Shown here: in pieces, positions 30,223 to 39,620 of the stretch
Layout of the letters: each line of letters starts with the position of its first letter
Position numbering within the stretch: position 1 is the stretch's first letter
Assembly (NCBI GenBank): GCA_046754145.1
Contig: JBHHVF010000001.1
Location: 5,791 to 69,790 of the forward strand
DNA from: Nitrosopumilus sp.
GTDB lineage: Archaea > Thermoproteota > Nitrososphaeria > Nitrososphaerales > Nitrosopumilaceae
Reading direction: 5' to 3'
DNA: 64,000 nt
Translations under genes and position numbers: made by a program
Notes under the pieces: model-generated
The model's input: only the letters and a program-made list of their open reading frames with translations
Database searches by the model: none
What the model was told of the DNA's origin: nothing

Positions 30223-31262
30223 TAAATCATCTCCTTTAATTTTGAAATCTCTCCTGTATCTGTTACAAAGTTTTCTAAAACCTTGAATGCTTTCCCATCT
30301 TTAATTGCATTTAATGCAATCTCTACTCCTTCTTCAAAATTATTTGCAATGTTTGCGACAATTAATCCTCCTGCTGCATTTAGTGCAGTGGTTTCAATCA
30401 TTGCTTGGTTTGCAGTACCGTTGAGCACTCCAACAAATGACTTGATTGCATCTTCTTTTGTTTGAATCTGAATATCTTCTAGCTTTGATTTATGTAATCC
30501 TACAACTTCAGGATCAATTGCATTCATCAATATCTTATCATTTCTTAAAATGCATACACGATTAGTTGCACTAGTTGAGAATTCATCCATTCCATCATCA
30601 GAACGAACAGTCATTATATTTTGGACTCCTTTTCTTTTTAGAATTACAGGTAATCTATCAAGATATTCAATAGAAAATACTCCAACTAATTGATTTTTTA
30701 CTCCAGCTGGATTTGATAATGGTCCTAGAAGATTAAATGCTGTTCTTTTTCCTAATTGTTTTCTTGCAGCAGAGACATGTTTCATTGCAGGGTGGAATTT
30801 TTGTGCAAACATAAAACAGATGTTGTGTTTTTGTAAAATATCTGCAATTTGTGCAGGTTCTTGATTCAAATCATATCCAAAATATTCAAAAATGTCTGCA
30901 CTTCCAGATACTCCCGAACTTGAGCGATTACCGTGCTTTGCTACAATTCCTCCTGCTGCAGCTACTACAAATGATGCTGTAGTGGAGACATTGAAGGTTT
31001 GAAGTTTATCACCACCAGTACCACACATGTCTATTATTGTTCCTTGATTTTTAGGCTCAACTTTAAGGGCAAATTCCTGCATTTTATCTAACATTCCTAA
31101 TAATTCATCATCTGTCTCTCCTTTTTCTGCTAAACTAGATAGGAAGTCTGCATTTTGTCCATCATTTGTTTTTCCAGAAAGAACATCTGTCATGATAGAG
31201 TTTATCTCATCGTAAGTCAGGTCTGTCTTTTGTTGTAGTTTTGAGATTAATTCTGTGATCAT
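30222..31262 (-). CDS. trpD: anthranilate phosphoribosyltransferase
   Basis: CGTGGD, HGNRSSSG motifs. Confidence 0.9.
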   Translation of the reverse strand: MITELISKLQQKTDLTYDEINSIMTDVLSGKTNDGQNADFLSSLAEKGETDDELLGMLDKMQEFALKVEPKNQGTIIDMCGTGGDKLQTFNVSTTASFVVAAAGGIVAKHGNRSSSGVSGSADIFEYFGYDLNQEPAQIADILQKHNICFMFAQKFHPAMKHVSAARKQLGKRTAFNLLGPLSNPAGVKNQLVGVFSIEYLDRLPVILKRKGVQNIMTVRSDDGMDEFSTSATNRVCILRNDKILMNAIDPEVVGLHKSKLEDIQIQTKEDAIKSFVGVLNGTANQAMIETTALNAAGGLIVANIANNFEEGVEIALNAIKDGKAFKVLENFVTDTGEISKLKEMI

Positions 31263-31849
31263 TTTTCTTTCACCTGTTTTATGAAATTTTCAAGAATTTT
31301 TTTCCCATCTTCAGTCATTATTGATTCAGGATGAAATTGTACTCCTTCGATTAGATATTTTTTGTGTTTTATTGCCATGATTTCTCCGTCATCAGCTGCA
31401 GTGGCAGTTATTTCTAATACGTCTGGAATGATTGTCTTGTCTCCAACCAAACTATGATATCTTGTTGCTCTAAATGGATTCTTTACATCTTTGAATAATT
31501 TCGAGTCTGTATGATCAACTAGGCTTGTCTTTCCATGTCTTACACATCCTGCATTAGTGACTTTGCCACCAAATGCATGAATAATTCCTTGATGTCCTAA
31601 ACAAACTCCTAGTATTGGTGTAGATGGACCCATATCCTTGATAACCTCTGAGCATACTCCAAAGTATTTTTCATCTTCTGGGGTTCCAGGACCTGGTGAA
31701 ATTATTATTGCATCATAGTTGGCCCTCTTTATCTCATTTAATGTAATTCTATCATTTCTAATAACATCTGATTCCACTCCAAGTTCACCAAGATACTGTG
31801 CAATGTTATACACAAATGAATCATAATTGTCAATGATTAGAAATTTCAT
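31259..31849 (-). CDS. trpG: anthranilate synthase component II (glutamine amidotransferase)
   Basis: GVCLGHQ, FHPES triad motifs. Confidence 0.9.
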   Translation of the reverse strand: MKFLIIDNYDSFVYNIAQYLGELGVESDVIRNDRITLNEIKRANYDAIIISPGPGTPEDEKYFGVCSEVIKDMGPSTPILGVCLGHQGIIHAFGGKVTNAGCVRHGKTSLVDHTDSKLFKDVKNPFRATRYHSLVGDKTIIPDVLEITATAADDGEIMAIKHKKYLIEGVQFHPESIMTEDGKKILENFIKQVKEK

Positions 31850-33195
31850 TTTGTTGCCTCCTTTAATGCTTGAAGCATTGCACCTGCTTTGTGTTCTGTT
31901 TCTTTGAATTCATTTTCTGCAATAGAATCTGAAACTATTCCAGCACCTGATTGGACAAATCCCTTACTTCCATCAATGAAGATACTTCTAATTGCTATTG
32001 CAAAATCACAGCATCCATTAAATGAAAAATATCCTATTGCTCCTGCATATGGGCCTCTTGATTCAGTTTCCAATTCATCGATTACTTCCATGGCTCTGAC
32101 CTTTGGTGCACCTGAGACTGTTCCTGCAGGAAATACTGCCTTGAATGCATCAAACATGTCATTTTCAGGTGCCAAATTGCCCACAACATGAGTAACTATG
32201 TGCTGAACATGACTGAACCGCTTTATCTGCATTAGAGATTCTGGATGAACTGTTCCATACTTACATACTCTGCCAATATCGTTTCTCCCCAAATCTACTA
32301 GCATTGTGTGTTCTGCTAACTCCTTTTCATCATGGAGTAATTCCTCTGCTAGTTGTTTATTTTTTTCTTCGTTGTCGGTAATTTTTCTAGTTCCGGCAAT
32401 TGGAAAAGTTTCTACTTTATCATCTGTAATTCTAACTAACATTTCAGGAGATGCTCCAATAATTGTTTTGTCGCCTTGTTTTAGATGATACATATAAGGT
32501 GATGGATTTAACTTGCGCAATGTTTTGTATAATGTTAGATTGTCTCCTTTATTTTCAAAAGCAAATTTCCTAGACAAAACAACTTGGAAAATATCTCCGT
32601 CATGAATTAATTTTTTTGCCTTGTTTACAATTTCAGAAAATTTTTCCTTATTCATGTTTGGTGTCACATCACTAGAATGAAAATCTCCAAATACATCTTC
32701 ATTCATCTTTAGTTTATCAAATCTGTTTTCATCATGATAAAAGTAGAATAATTTCTTGTGTAAATTGTCATACAATATCCCATCATCATAAATTCCAAAC
32801 TCCATTAGCGGTTGTGGTGAATTATGAGTATCAGGAATATCTTCAACCAGTCTAATTGCATCATAGTTTACTACTCCCACTGCTCCTCCCAAGTAACGAT
32901 AACTTTGATCATCTGATCTTCCTAACAGTTTTTTTAGTTCCCCAAATGGGTCTGTAGTTTGAATTGTCTCTATTTTTCCATCTTGTATTGTCTCTACTTT
33001 ATCAGAATATCCTTTGAGGATTATTTTTGGGTCAAATCCCATAACTGATGTTTCCGCTAGTACTTCAGGACCGGTTAATGATTCAAATAGAAATGAATGC
33101 GAATAGTTTCGAGAAATTTTATTGTAAATTTGAAATTGGTTTTCAGATAAATCTAGGGGTATTACTTTTGCTTGAGAGTTTCCAAATACATCCAC
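31846..33195 (-). CDS. trpE: anthranilate synthase component I
   Basis: C-terminal chorismate-binding signature (..GAPK.RAMEIIDELE..RG.Y.GA.GY..). GTG start. Confidence 0.9.
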   Translation of the reverse strand: MDVFGNSQAKVIPLDLSENQFQIYNKISRNYSHSFLFESLTGPEVLAETSVMGFDPKIILKGYSDKVETIQDGKIETIQTTDPFGELKKLLGRSDDQSYRYLGGAVGVVNYDAIRLVEDIPDTHNSPQPLMEFGIYDDGILYDNLHKKLFYFYHDENRFDKLKMNEDVFGDFHSSDVTPNMNKEKFSEIVNKAKKLIHDGDIFQVVLSRKFAFENKGDNLTLYKTLRKLNPSPYMYHLKQGDKTIIGASPEMLVRITDDKVETFPIAGTRKITDNEEKNKQLAEELLHDEKELAEHTMLVDLGRNDIGRVCKYGTVHPESLMQIKRFSHVQHIVTHVVGNLAPENDMFDAFKAVFPAGTVSGAPKVRAMEVIDELETESRGPYAGAIGYFSFNGCCDFAIAIRSIFIDGSKGFVQSGAGIVSDSIAENEFKETEHKAGAMLQALKEATK

Positions 33196-33220
33196 CCATA
33201 GACAAAATTTCAGTGGTTTA

Positions 33221-33230
33221 TTATTTAAAT
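33221..33230 (-). promoter_or_regulatory. TATA box (ATTTAAATAA on the minus strand) for trpE
   Basis: About 30 nt upstream of the GTG at 33195, which implies a leaderless or short-leader operon transcript. Confidence 0.5.
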
Positions 33231-33314
33231 TGATGAGTAGGTTTTGTTGATACTATTTTTGTTTAAAATGATTCATTTCTTAGGCGTGAAACAATTACGG
33301 TATAGTACGGTACC

Positions 33315-33322
33315 TTTATATC
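33315..33322 (+). promoter_or_regulatory. TATA box (TTTATATC) for the 65-aa ORF
   Basis: Centre ~28 nt upstream of ATG 33346. Confidence 0.45.
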
Positions 33323-33345
33323 ATATCTGATCGTATACTAACATC

Positions 33346-33543
33346 ATGCAGGGGGTAAATAGAACAATCATGCAAGATATGCAGATTCTCAAAAAATCAC
33401 AGAATACAGTATCATCATCAGTTTCTAAAGTAGAATGTTATGTTTGTGGTAAAGGATTACAAGATGGTCATTCTATTACTGCAAAAACACTGTCAAATGG
33501 AACTGTACTATTTTGCGATGTTCATTATTCATTACAAGGTTGA
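33346..33543 (+). CDS. small Cys/His protein, divergent from the trp operon
   Basis: CYVCGKG .. FCDVHY. Has its own TATA box. Confidence 0.45.
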   Translation: MQGVNRTIMQDMQILKKSQNTVSSSVSKVECYVCGKGLQDGHSITAKTLSNGTVLFCDVHYSLQG

Positions 33544-33861
33544 TTTGGAAAAGTTTAATCCACCATTGTAATCCTAGTTTGTTATGACCGATCTGAAAAC
33601 ATATGAAAAAATCAATGAAGATATTAAATTCACAGAAGAAGAAACAGTAGAGCTTTTGAAGTTAAGTGAAAAGGAAATACTAGTTCTAATTCTCTCTGAA
33701 CTGAAAAAGATAACAGAAAATACGCAAGGATTTAGTACAAATTCTTAAAATAATCACGAAAAACTGACCTTTCTCATTACGGTAAACTCCTAAATTTTTC
33801 ATTTTTTTATATATTGTATACAATAGTATAATTATACCAATGACCTACTGTTAATCATAAA

Positions 33862-34722
33862 ATGTCTCGGTATGAAAGTCCAAAAGTTAATGTCAATGTT
33901 GGTGCTGCAAAGGGTGTTTTAATTGCAATTATTGCATTAATTGTCATTGGAGTTGTAGTTGCCTCTGCAGTGCAAATTGTAGATGCAGGACATAGAGGTG
34001 TTTTACTTCATTGGAATGCAGTTGATGTCAATGCTGCACCACTTGAGGAAGGACTTCATTTTGTGGTTCCATTTCAAGATAGTGTAGTGAATATGGAAGT
34101 CAGGACATTAAAGTTTGTAAAGTCAACCTCTTCAGCCTCTAAAGACCTTCAGACAGTTTCTACTGCAGTAACAGTAAACTATCATCCATCCCCTAATTCA
34201 GTTAATTTCCTCTTCAAGCAAGTTGGTCTTGATTATGAAAATAGAATTATTCAGCCAGCAGTAGAAGAGGTTGTAAAACAAGTAACTGCAAATTATAATG
34301 CTGAAGAATTAATCACAAAACGACCTCAGGTGAAATCTGATATTGAATCTGAGATTGCTGCACGTCTAAATACATTTAACATAGTTACTGAAGTCATTTC
34401 TATTACTGACTTTCAATTCTCACCCCTCTTTGCACGAGCAATTGAAGATAAAGTAGAAGCAGAACAAAAGGCACTAAAAGCTGAAAATGATCTTAGAAGA
34501 ATTGAGGTGGAGGCAAGACAACACGAAGCACAAGCACAAGGTATTGCTGCTGCAAACATTGCAGAAGCCCAAGGAGAAGCTGAAGCAATTAGAATTATCA
34601 ACGAAGCACTAGCCAATAATCCGAATTATTTGGAATGGCTAAAAACACAACATTGGGATGGTAAACTGCCACTTGTAGTTGGTGAAGGTGGAACCCCATT
34701 TATTCAAATCCCAACTGAATAA
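33862..34722 (+). CDS. SPFH/Band-7 (prohibitin-like) membrane protein
   Basis: N-terminal TM, SPFH core (VDAGHRGVLLHWN.., V.V.Y..), and an Ala/Glu-rich coiled coil. Confidence 0.9.
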   Translation: MSRYESPKVNVNVGAAKGVLIAIIALIVIGVVVASAVQIVDAGHRGVLLHWNAVDVNAAPLEEGLHFVVPFQDSVVNMEVRTLKFVKSTSSASKDLQTVSTAVTVNYHPSPNSVNFLFKQVGLDYENRIIQPAVEEVVKQVTANYNAEELITKRPQVKSDIESEIAARLNTFNIVTEVISITDFQFSPLFARAIEDKVEAEQKALKAENDLRRIEVEARQHEAQAQGIAAANIAEAQGEAEAIRIINEALANNPNYLEWLKTQHWDGKLPLVVGEGGTPFIQIPTE

Positions 34723-34729
34723 TTTTAGT

Positions 34730-35038
34730 TTAATTTTCTTTCTCAGTATCTGATTTTTCTCTTATAGAATCATACATTGCAAGAAATTGTTCAGGTTCAT
34801 TTTGTCTGTAATGTTTTTGCAGATGTATAATTTCTTTATCTGAAATCTTCTCTCCTTTATTTTCGTGATATTCTTTAATAATTTGATATTGAGTTTTTTT
34901 AATCTTAAATTCTCGAAGTGTATCATTAACTGATTTGTTACAAACAAAATCTTTAATCATAAAACGATATGCCAAATACCCTATAATTCCTACAATTGCA
35001 ACTATTGAGAGGGGTATGATGATAATTGCTGCTACCAT
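34730..35038 (-). CDS. small membrane protein, hypothetical
   Basis: Single N-terminal TM (MVAAIIIIPLSIVAIVGIIGYLAY). Confidence 0.45.
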   Translation of the reverse strand: MVAAIIIIPLSIVAIVGIIGYLAYRFMIKDFVCNKSVNDTLREFKIKKTQYQIIKEYHENKGEKISDKEIIHLQKHYRQNEPEQFLAMYDSIREKSDTEKEN

Positions 35039-35171
35039 GTTTCTAATTGTATTATTTGGTATTTCATTGTATTTATTATCAAAAACTTTTGTTTACTTGA
35101 AAAATGCTTGGTATGATTTGAGCCTGTCAAAATTAGACTCTCCTAATTAGTTCACTCTAATTTTCACAGTG

Positions 35172-35179
35172 TTTAAATG
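35172..35179 (+). promoter_or_regulatory. TATA box (TTTAAATG) for the 57-aa zinc-ribbon ORF
   Basis: Centre 26 nt upstream of ATG 35201. TGTCA-TATG-TGACA inverted repeat lies between the box and the start. Confidence 0.45.
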
Positions 35180-35200
35180 AATAATTGTCATATGTGACAC

Positions 35201-35374
35201 ATGAAAGACAATTCCTGTAGAAGTTGCGGAAACGGATTAGAGGTAAAAAAAACCTGCAACATTTGTTCCCAAGCAAATCAATTCTCTTGCCACAATTGCG
35301 GATATGTATCTGAAGAGCAAATTCACTTTCAATGTATGATGATTAGCCTTGATCATACACTACTTAATGCCTAA
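35201..35374 (+). CDS. zinc-ribbon micro-protein (57 aa, not in the ORF track)
   Basis: Hand translation gives MKDNSCRSCGNGLEVKKTCNICSQANQFSCHNCGYVSEEQIHFQC.. (three CxxC). Leaderless-type promoter. Confidence 0.5.
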   Translation: MKDNSCRSCGNGLEVKKTCNICSQANQFSCHNCGYVSEEQIHFQCMMISLDHTLLNA

Positions 35375-35388
35375 TTTACCATTCTAAA

Positions 35389-35739
35389 CTATTCATTCCA
35401 AACTGGTTGTGCCTTAAGCCATCCAATCAAATCAACATACAATTTACTTTTTTCCATGTTGAAAACTCCGATTTCAAGGTTAGTTGATGATTTGACAGTT
35501 TTTGTAAATTTGTCATATTTTGCAAAAACTATCTTATCTAGATACATCTCATTTTGCATCTCTTTTTTTGCCAACTCTTCAGACTCACTCATGGCAAAAC
35601 TAGCAAATAACACACCATCCACCCAATATGCACTAGCAGCTTCTAGTGATGACATCATACCGATGAGGTCATCTAAGCTTAGTTTGATCATGTCACGAAC
35701 ATATATTCGATCATATGATTTGTGAATAAACTCTGTCAT
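35389..35739 (-). CDS. hypothetical protein
   Basis: ORF only. Confidence 0.45.
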   Translation of the reverse strand: MTEFIHKSYDRIYVRDMIKLSLDDLIGMMSSLEAASAYWVDGVLFASFAMSESEELAKKEMQNEMYLDKIVFAKYDKFTKTVKSSTNLEIGVFNMEKSKLYVDLIGWLKAQPVWNE

Positions 35740-35808
35740 GAAATTTGTTTTTTGAAGAGTTTAATGAAGATTTGGAAATTTTATAACTAGTTTTTAATCA
35801 ATCATTTT

Positions 35809-36045
35809 ATGACTGAAAAAACTAATAGTTTTTCTGAGCATGATCCGTTTGTAACTGAATTTCCAAAAAAAGACTTTGGTATAGTAGATTATCTTCAAGG
35901 AAGAGTACATTTTGCTTTACTTGATCAAATGAAACTAATGGCAACATCTGGAATGACACAAACACAAATCAAAGAAACAATCATTGCTAATGTAACTGAA
36001 ATTATTGATAATTTTGATCCACAAAAAGAATCAAAAAGTCTTTGA
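35809..36045 (+). CDS. hypothetical protein
   Basis: ORF only. Confidence 0.35.
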   Translation: MTEKTNSFSEHDPFVTEFPKKDFGIVDYLQGRVHFALLDQMKLMATSGMTQTQIKETIIANVTEIIDNFDPQKESKSL

Positions 36046-36181
36046 TTCCATTGTTGCTAATTCTGTCATGATTATTTTATGGCATTTACAATAACAGTTA
36101 GTATGAGGCATATCGTTATCGTTTCTGTATTTGCATTCTTTTGTATGCTCTATCATTGACAATTTTTAGACCACTATTGTG

Positions 36182-36577
36182 TCATGCTTTAGTTGGATCG
36201 CCACTCAATATGTTTAGAACATGCTCTACAATCTGTTTTTGGCCCCCTTCATGAAGATCTGTTCGTACTGAATCAGAACCCAAACTAACAAAAATCAGAT
36301 TGTTTTCTCCTAGGGGAAAAGTTGTTCTTGTAATCTTTTCAAATGCTGCTACTGCATACAATCCTCTTCCAATTTTTGGACCTAATGCCTTTCTTGCCTT
36401 CCATGCGACTGCAGCTCTTTTGAGTGAGGCTTCAGTCTCTTCTGGAGAGAGAAAATTTGTTACTCCTTCACGATGACTTGTTGCAAGTATGTTTCCTTCA
36501 ATATCGGTAACTATACTGTGTCTGATATTGACGTCTGAATCCATAATTCTCTCTAAGAGATTCTCAAAACCCATCAA
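36182..36577 (-). CDS. conserved hypothetical protein, paralog of 10286-10651
   Basis: Alignable with the 121-aa ORF at 10286. ATG at 36574 is the likely start. Confidence 0.5.
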   Translation of the reverse strand: MMGFENLLERIMDSDVNIRHSIVTDIEGNILATSHREGVTNFLSPEETEASLKRAAVAWKARKALGPKIGRGLYAVAAFEKITRTTFPLGENNLIFVSLGSDSVRTDLHEGGQKQIVEHVLNILSGDPTKA

Positions 36578-36967
36578 AGACCCTAAAACAAAATATTACT
36601 TAAGGGATTCCTATATTCTCATTTGTGAAAAAATGATTTCCTTAGAAATCTCTAAGGAGATTCATTAGTATTTTTTGATTTTTCTTTACACCAGCAATTT
36701 GGACTGCATTCAGAGTTAAAATTTGTCATTTTATTCCTCTGAAATAAGCCAGGAAAGACCAATTGCTTCTTCCCATGATGATTGGTAATTGTTTTCTTGC
36801 ATGCTTTATTCTGGTAAAATTTCTATTTAACACAGATGAACGATTCATCAGTATCAATACTATGAACAAATTAGTAGTGATTCTTTATATCAAATTCGAA
36901 TTATTTTTAGTACCCGACCATAAATGGTGATGATTCAAACTTCCATTAATTTGAATCTCATCATTTT

Positions 36968-37450
36968 TTAATTACTTTGCAAACTCGCAGTTTTTTCATA
37001 AAAAAATTCTTGTTTTTTCAAATCTTTATCAGAAATAATCCTACATTTTCGCATAGGAACCAATCTAGAAATTTCTTCATATGTATTGATGTCTCTGACA
37101 TCTTCAGCATAGGCAATCTGCAAGAGTGGTGATTTTTCTTCAATCATTGGTTTTGCTTGTTTATATCCACTACTTTGTCTCATTCCTGTTCTGAATAATC
37201 CGATATTTTTGTCACTTTTTGATATTTGAGGATCTTGATAGCAACAAATTGCAAATTCATCATTATCTTTTTCAACAATTGTTAATCTAGTGAATTTATC
37301 ACTCCATCCCTCTATTTCTTTAGCAATAGATTTGGCATCTTTCTTATCTTCAAATACAGTTGAAATTACCAATCTGTCTTTTTCATATGCCCATGAAATT
37401 CCATAAAAATCCCTATACCAATTAATTTCAAATAACACGTATTTCATCAA
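36968..37450 (-). CDS. hypothetical protein
   Basis: ORF only. An imperfect hairpin lies directly downstream (36936-36975). Confidence 0.45.
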   Translation of the reverse strand: MMKYVLFEINWYRDFYGISWAYEKDRLVISTVFEDKKDAKSIAKEIEGWSDKFTRLTIVEKDNDEFAICCYQDPQISKSDKNIGLFRTGMRQSSGYKQAKPMIEEKSPLLQIAYAEDVRDINTYEEISRLVPMRKCRIISDKDLKKQEFFYEKTASLQSN

Positions 37451-37508
37451 AAAATTCTCAAATTAATGCTTTCTAATTTACTTGTATGAGTATACACAAA
37501 AAAGAGAA

Positions 37509-37703
37509 TTATGGTGAAATTACCAATGTCGTCATTTCACATTGGCACTCTTCTCTTTTTCCACAAAAAGGACAATTGCAATCACAGTATAGTAATGCCT
37601 GTTGGCATGACTCACATTTTGTATATTCTGCAAAATCCTCTTTCAAACAATCTTGCCTCCCATGATTATTAATGCAAAACAAAATTGATAAGTGATATGA
37701 CAT
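37509..37703 (-). CDS. cysteine-rich small protein
   Basis: 11 Cys in 64 aa (CESC, CDCNCPFCGK, CQC). Confidence 0.45.
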   Translation of the reverse strand: MSYHLSILFCINNHGRQDCLKEDFAEYTKCESCQQALLYCDCNCPFCGKREECQCEMTTLVISP

Positions 37704-37861
37704 AAATTCTAAAAATTAGTTTTATTTTTTCATCTCAATTAAACAAATGTTTGAAGAGCAATGGAAATTTCTTTTATATCTTGAGCCTAACATAATTTTG
37801 ACGCCTTCGTTTAGTGGTTTAGGCATGCTATAAACGACCACTACTCCAAGACGTCAATTAA

Positions 37862-38005
37862 TCATTTTTTTAATAATGCATTCTCTGGTGTTTTTTCTTT
37901 ATTTGATTCCCAATGCCAACTGTGATGTTGCTTCCAATGTTTATCTAATTCATCTGTGTTTGGTTCTTTCCCAAGTGGTGTTCCACAAAGTTTACACTGT
38001 TTCAT
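37862..38005 (-). CDS. possible C2H2-like zinc-finger micro-protein (47 aa)
   Basis: Hand translation gives MKQCKLCGTPLGKEPNTDELDKHWKQHHSWHWES... Confidence 0.3.
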   Translation of the reverse strand: MKQCKLCGTPLGKEPNTDELDKHWKQHHSWHWESNKEKTPENALLKK

Positions 38006-38100
38006 TTTTTGAATCCTTAGATTTTTTCTTTTTTGGTTTAATTATGGGATGACATTGTGAAGGAAGATTTTCATCATTATCCATTTACTTGAATTATAGA

Positions 38101-38448
38101 TCATGTAAAATTAAGAGTTTTGTTCTTTTTTCTTTTTTTATATGTTCTGAATTTTTCCTTTTTCCTTTTTCTTTCTAAATCCATAATAGAATATGTCTTT
38201 CCAGTTTCACAAAGTTTCATTTCACCTGTAATTTCATCATGAATTGATTCCAATGATCCATTAGACAATAATTCTCCGACAATATCCCATGCCATGTTTT
38301 CTGAAATTTCAAATTTGTATGGGATGGTCGAAACCTTGGTAAAAAAACCACTCTTTGAATTTCTTAAAATAAAATTTTCTATTTTTTGTTCTCTGGTTAA
38401 CGAAGGGTCCTTTCTTTTGAATCTCTTAAATGACCTTCTTTCTGACAA
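38101..38448 (-). CDS. hypothetical basic protein
   Basis: ORF with Lys/Arg-rich termini. TTG start. Confidence 0.45.
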   Translation of the reverse strand: MSERRSFKRFKRKDPSLTREQKIENFILRNSKSGFFTKVSTIPYKFEISENMAWDIVGELLSNGSLESIHDEITGEMKLCETGKTYSIMDLERKRKKEKFRTYKKRKKNKTLNFT

Positions 38449-38491
38449 TATTTTTTTTGATATTTTCTAGTATTTTAGCTAATCATTTTAG

Positions 38492-39085
38492 CTAATCATT
38501 TGAATGCAATGTATCAGGATCATTATTTCCAGGCAAATATTTGTCCCCTAATTGCAACTTCATTTTTTCATCAAATTCTTCTTGGAGTCTTGTAAGGTAG
38601 ATTTCAGCCTCTGTTTCGTCTTCTGGAATTCCTGTATTTGTATCATAATTAAAACCAGTGGCTAAATGGTAAAATTCCTCAAAGAATTCTTTACAATCAA
38701 TCACATCTGCTTCGTCATCTATTGATGCTACCAAGCAATTACTATCTATTCTAAAATTAAGACAAATTTCTTCGTTAATCATAGTGTCTGCTATGACAGA
38801 CATAAGAAATGGAATAAATTGTTCCTCTAATACCCCCTGTCCCTTATTTGCAATCCATAATTCATGACCGTCAGACAAATAATCAAAAGTTCTAACTATT
38901 ACATCTCTTACATCTGAATCAGTATATGCTAGTTTTGATTTCCATGATTTCTCTCCCTGATTTTCTGGATCAACGTACAATACATCAAATCTTAAATTTT
39001 CATTTAGTTGTTCAAATTCCCATACTTGTTTGTTAGTCCACATGGGGGAAAATTTTTCTATTAATCTTCTTGTAATATGATCCAA
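38492..39085 (-). CDS. hypothetical acidic protein
   Basis: ORF only. Confidence 0.5.
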   Translation of the reverse strand: MDHITRRLIEKFSPMWTNKQVWEFEQLNENLRFDVLYVDPENQGEKSWKSKLAYTDSDVRDVIVRTFDYLSDGHELWIANKGQGVLEEQFIPFLMSVIADTMINEEICLNFRIDSNCLVASIDDEADVIDCKEFFEEFYHLATGFNYDTNTGIPEDETEAEIYLTRLQEEFDEKMKLQLGDKYLPGNNDPDTLHSND

Positions 39086-39126
39086 TGAATATTTTTTATC
39101 TATCTATTGTTTAATCTTATCTTGAG

Positions 39127-39333
39127 TTAATTATTAATTCCTGATTTAAGAAATTCTAGTGTACATTCAGCAAGTTCTTTATCAGAATGTTTTTTAATTT
39201 TATGCTTACAATTAGGGCAAATTCCTAGTTGTTCTTCTGCAAATTCTTCTCCTACTTGTTTCATACAACATTCCATCAATTCTGCTGTTGAATGAGATTC
39301 CATTGTTAGCTTGCAAGTTGGGCATTCTGTCAT
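39127..39333 (-). CDS. zinc-ribbon protein with internally duplicated CPxCK..EL.EC module
   Basis: CPTCKLTMESHSTAELMEC and CPNCKHKIKKHSDKELAEC. Confidence 0.5.
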   Translation of the reverse strand: MTECPTCKLTMESHSTAELMECCMKQVGEEFAEEQLGICPNCKHKIKKHSDKELAECTLEFLKSGINN

Positions 39334-39620
39334 ATCGTTAATCTATTTATTTGAATTTAATATTAATTAAAAACTATTTTCTCTTAAACCTTCATTTATC
39401 TTAAAAATTTTAGCCACAGATAATTGGTAATCAATGCCGATTTGTTTTGATGCGATTACCAACACCCCTTCATGCCTATGGCAATGTTTGTTCTTTACAT
39501 AAATTGTTAAAATAAAAAAAGTGTGCAAAAATTGATTCAAGTAATTAAAAAATTCAATCCAGCCTGAATTCTGTTCATTTCATAGAAAGTTTTACTTATT
39601 GAGGACTTGTTTATTACTTA

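Noticed and set aside
36936-36990. RUGAUGA-like boxes (GTGATGA on plus, ATGATGA on minus), considered as a C/D-box sRNA. Similar ATGATGT...CTGA at 4442-4462.
   Set aside because: There are no correctly spaced D'/D (CUGA) boxes and no terminal stem. The 36936-36975 element is better explained as an imperfect hairpin just downstream of the 160-aa gene.
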